Below, in pieces: positions 62,695 through 64,000 of a stretch of DNA of 64,000 bases (within the stretch, counting starts at the first letter, position 1; each line of letters begins with the position of its first letter). The notes under the pieces are model-generated. The model was given only the letters and a program-made list of their open reading frames with translations. It searched no databases and had not been told where the DNA came from. Where the stretch lies: the NCBI GenBank assembly GCA_963674595.2, contig CAXXFV010000006.1:288001-352000 (forward strand), in the 5' to 3' direction. Source of the stretch: a bacterium. Lineage in GTDB: Bacteria > Zhuqueibacterota > Zhuqueibacteria > Residuimicrobiales > Krinioviventaceae. Position numbers and translations under genes: made by a program.

Positions 62695-64000
62695 ATGACT
62701 GATTATGTCTCTGGTTTTATGTCCGAAGTAAAGGCAAAAAATCCCAATGAGCCCGAATTTCTTCAGGCAGTTCATGAAGTTTCTGAATCAATTGCTCTAG
62801 TTTATGATAAACATCCGGAATACCGTGCTGCAAAAGTATTTGAACGTATGATAGAACCCGAACGTCTTATAATGTTTCGCGTTCCCTGGGTGGATGATCA
62901 AGGTGAAATACAAATAAATCGTGGTTTTAGAATTGAAATGAACAGCGCAATCGGGCCATATAAAGGTGGTTTGCGTTTTCATCCTTCTGTTAATCTCAGT
63001 ATTTTAAAATTTTTGGCTTTTGAACAGGTATTTAAAAACAGTTTAACTTCTTTGCCTATGGGTGGCGGTAAAGGTGGTTCAGATTTTGACCCAAAAGGCA
63101 AAAGTGATAATGAAGTTATGCGTTTCTGTCAAAGTTTTATGAACGAATTATATCGACATATCGGTCCGGATACGGACGTTCCTGCCGGTGATATTGGTGT
63201 CGGCGGTCGTGAAATCGGCTTTTTATTTGGTCAATACAAAAAAATTGTTAATCAATTTACAGGCGTATTAACCGGTAAAGGAATTAACTGGGGTGGATCA
63301 CTTATTCGTCCCGAAGCGACCGGTTATGGTGCTGTATATCTTGCCGCTGAAATGCTGACAACTCGCGGCGAAACGATGGAAAATAAGGTGTGTCTGGTTT
63401 CCGGTTCAGGAAATGTTGCTCAATATACGGTTGAGAAATTATTAGACCTCGGTGGAAAACCGGTAACACTTTCAGATTCCGCTGGTTTTATTTATGATGA
63501 AGAGGGTATTGATAGAGAAAAACTGGCCTTTGTTATGGATTTGAAAAACGTCAGACGCGGACGGATCAAAGAGTATACTGAAAAATTTAAAAGTGCTGTT
63601 TACACACCTGTTGATCCGACAATTGATTATAATCCACTTTGGGATATAAAAGCTACTTGTGCTTTTCCAAGTGCTACTCAAAATGAGATTAATGAAATAG
63701 ATGCCAAGAATTTGCTGAAAAACGGTGTTTACGTTGTCAGTGAAGGTGCAAATATGCCGACTACACCAGATGGCGTTGAACATTTCTTAAATGCCGGAAT
63801 ACTTTACGGGCCTGGCAAAGCAGCCAATGCCGGTGGCGTTGCTGTTTCCGGTTTGGAAATGACACAAAACAGTATGCGTCTGCCCTGGACACGCGAAGAA
63901 GTGGATAATCGTCTTCATTTAATTATGAAAAATATTCACAATACCTGTGTTACGATTTCCGAACGTTTTGGTGTTCCCGGAAATTACGTTATCGGTGCCA
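62695..64000 (+). CDS. gdhA: NADP-specific glutamate dehydrogenase (3' truncated; missing from the ORF track)
   Basis: Own translation: MTDYVSGFMSEVKAKNPNEPEFLQAV..GPYKGGLRFH..LPMGGGKGG..DVPAGDIG..RPEATGYG..EGANMP..KAANAGGV; frame open to the window end. Confidence 0.95.
   Translation, partial: MTDYVSGFMSEVKAKNPNEPEFLQAVHEVSESIALVYDKHPEYRAAKVFERMIEPERLIMFRVPWVDDQGEIQINRGFRIEMNSAIGPYKGGLRFHPSVNLSILKFLAFEQVFKNSLTSLPMGGGKGGSDFDPKGKSDNEVMRFCQSFMNELYRHIGPDTDVPAGDIGVGGREIGFLFGQYKKIVNQFTGVLTGKGINWGGSLIRPEATGYGAVYLAAEMLTTRGETMENKVCLVSGSGNVAQYTVEKLLDLGGKPVTLSDSAGFIYDEEGIDREKLAFVMDLKNVRRGRIKEYTEKFKSAVYTPVDPTIDYNPLWDIKATCAFPSATQNEINEIDAKNLLKNGVYVVSEGANMPTTPDGVEHFLNAGILYGPGKAANAGGVAVSGLEMTQNSMRLPWTREEVDNRLHLIMKNIHNTCVTISERFGVPGNYVIGA

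Overview
AT-rich bacterial chromosomal window with no rRNA, tRNA, CRISPR array or transposase recognised. Gene content (Tat-exported sugar oxidoreductases, FlgD-Ig/T9SS-like C-terminal domain, multiheme cytochromes, Na+-coupled transport) suggests a diderm FCB-related anaerobe such as KSB1 or Calditrichota; this is inference only. Left to right: (1) an operon of HEAT protein, two Tat Gfo/Idh/MocA enzymes, heptaheme cytochrome c, cytochrome-b-like protein, discoidin-like protein, GT-C membrane protein, ApbE and beta-CASP nuclease; (2) a tandem PrsA-like foldase lipoprotein next to a small secreted beta-rich protein whose gene is bracketed by a 17-nt inverted repeat; (3) SGLT-galK and DUF4412/DUF362/DUF1080 genes; (4) an LPP20 / TPR-SLH / FlgT / CsgG-like / FecR envelope cluster; (5) DUF512-der, a metalloprotease and a Zn-ADH; (6) a sigma54-preceded hypothetical gene and a barrel-TPR fusion; (7) desulfoferrodoxin, pentaheme cytochrome and a Cyc2-like cytochrome-porin; (8) radical SAM, amn, DHOD-like gene and a large sensor kinase; (9) hppA; (10) a ZraP/ZraSR-like sigma54 module with a Ca-binding-repeat secreted protein; (11) sulfatase, YeiH, sucCD and gdhA. 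Nine single-base indels in homopolymer runs (26.3-43.6 kb) split eight genes and are most likely long-read errors.
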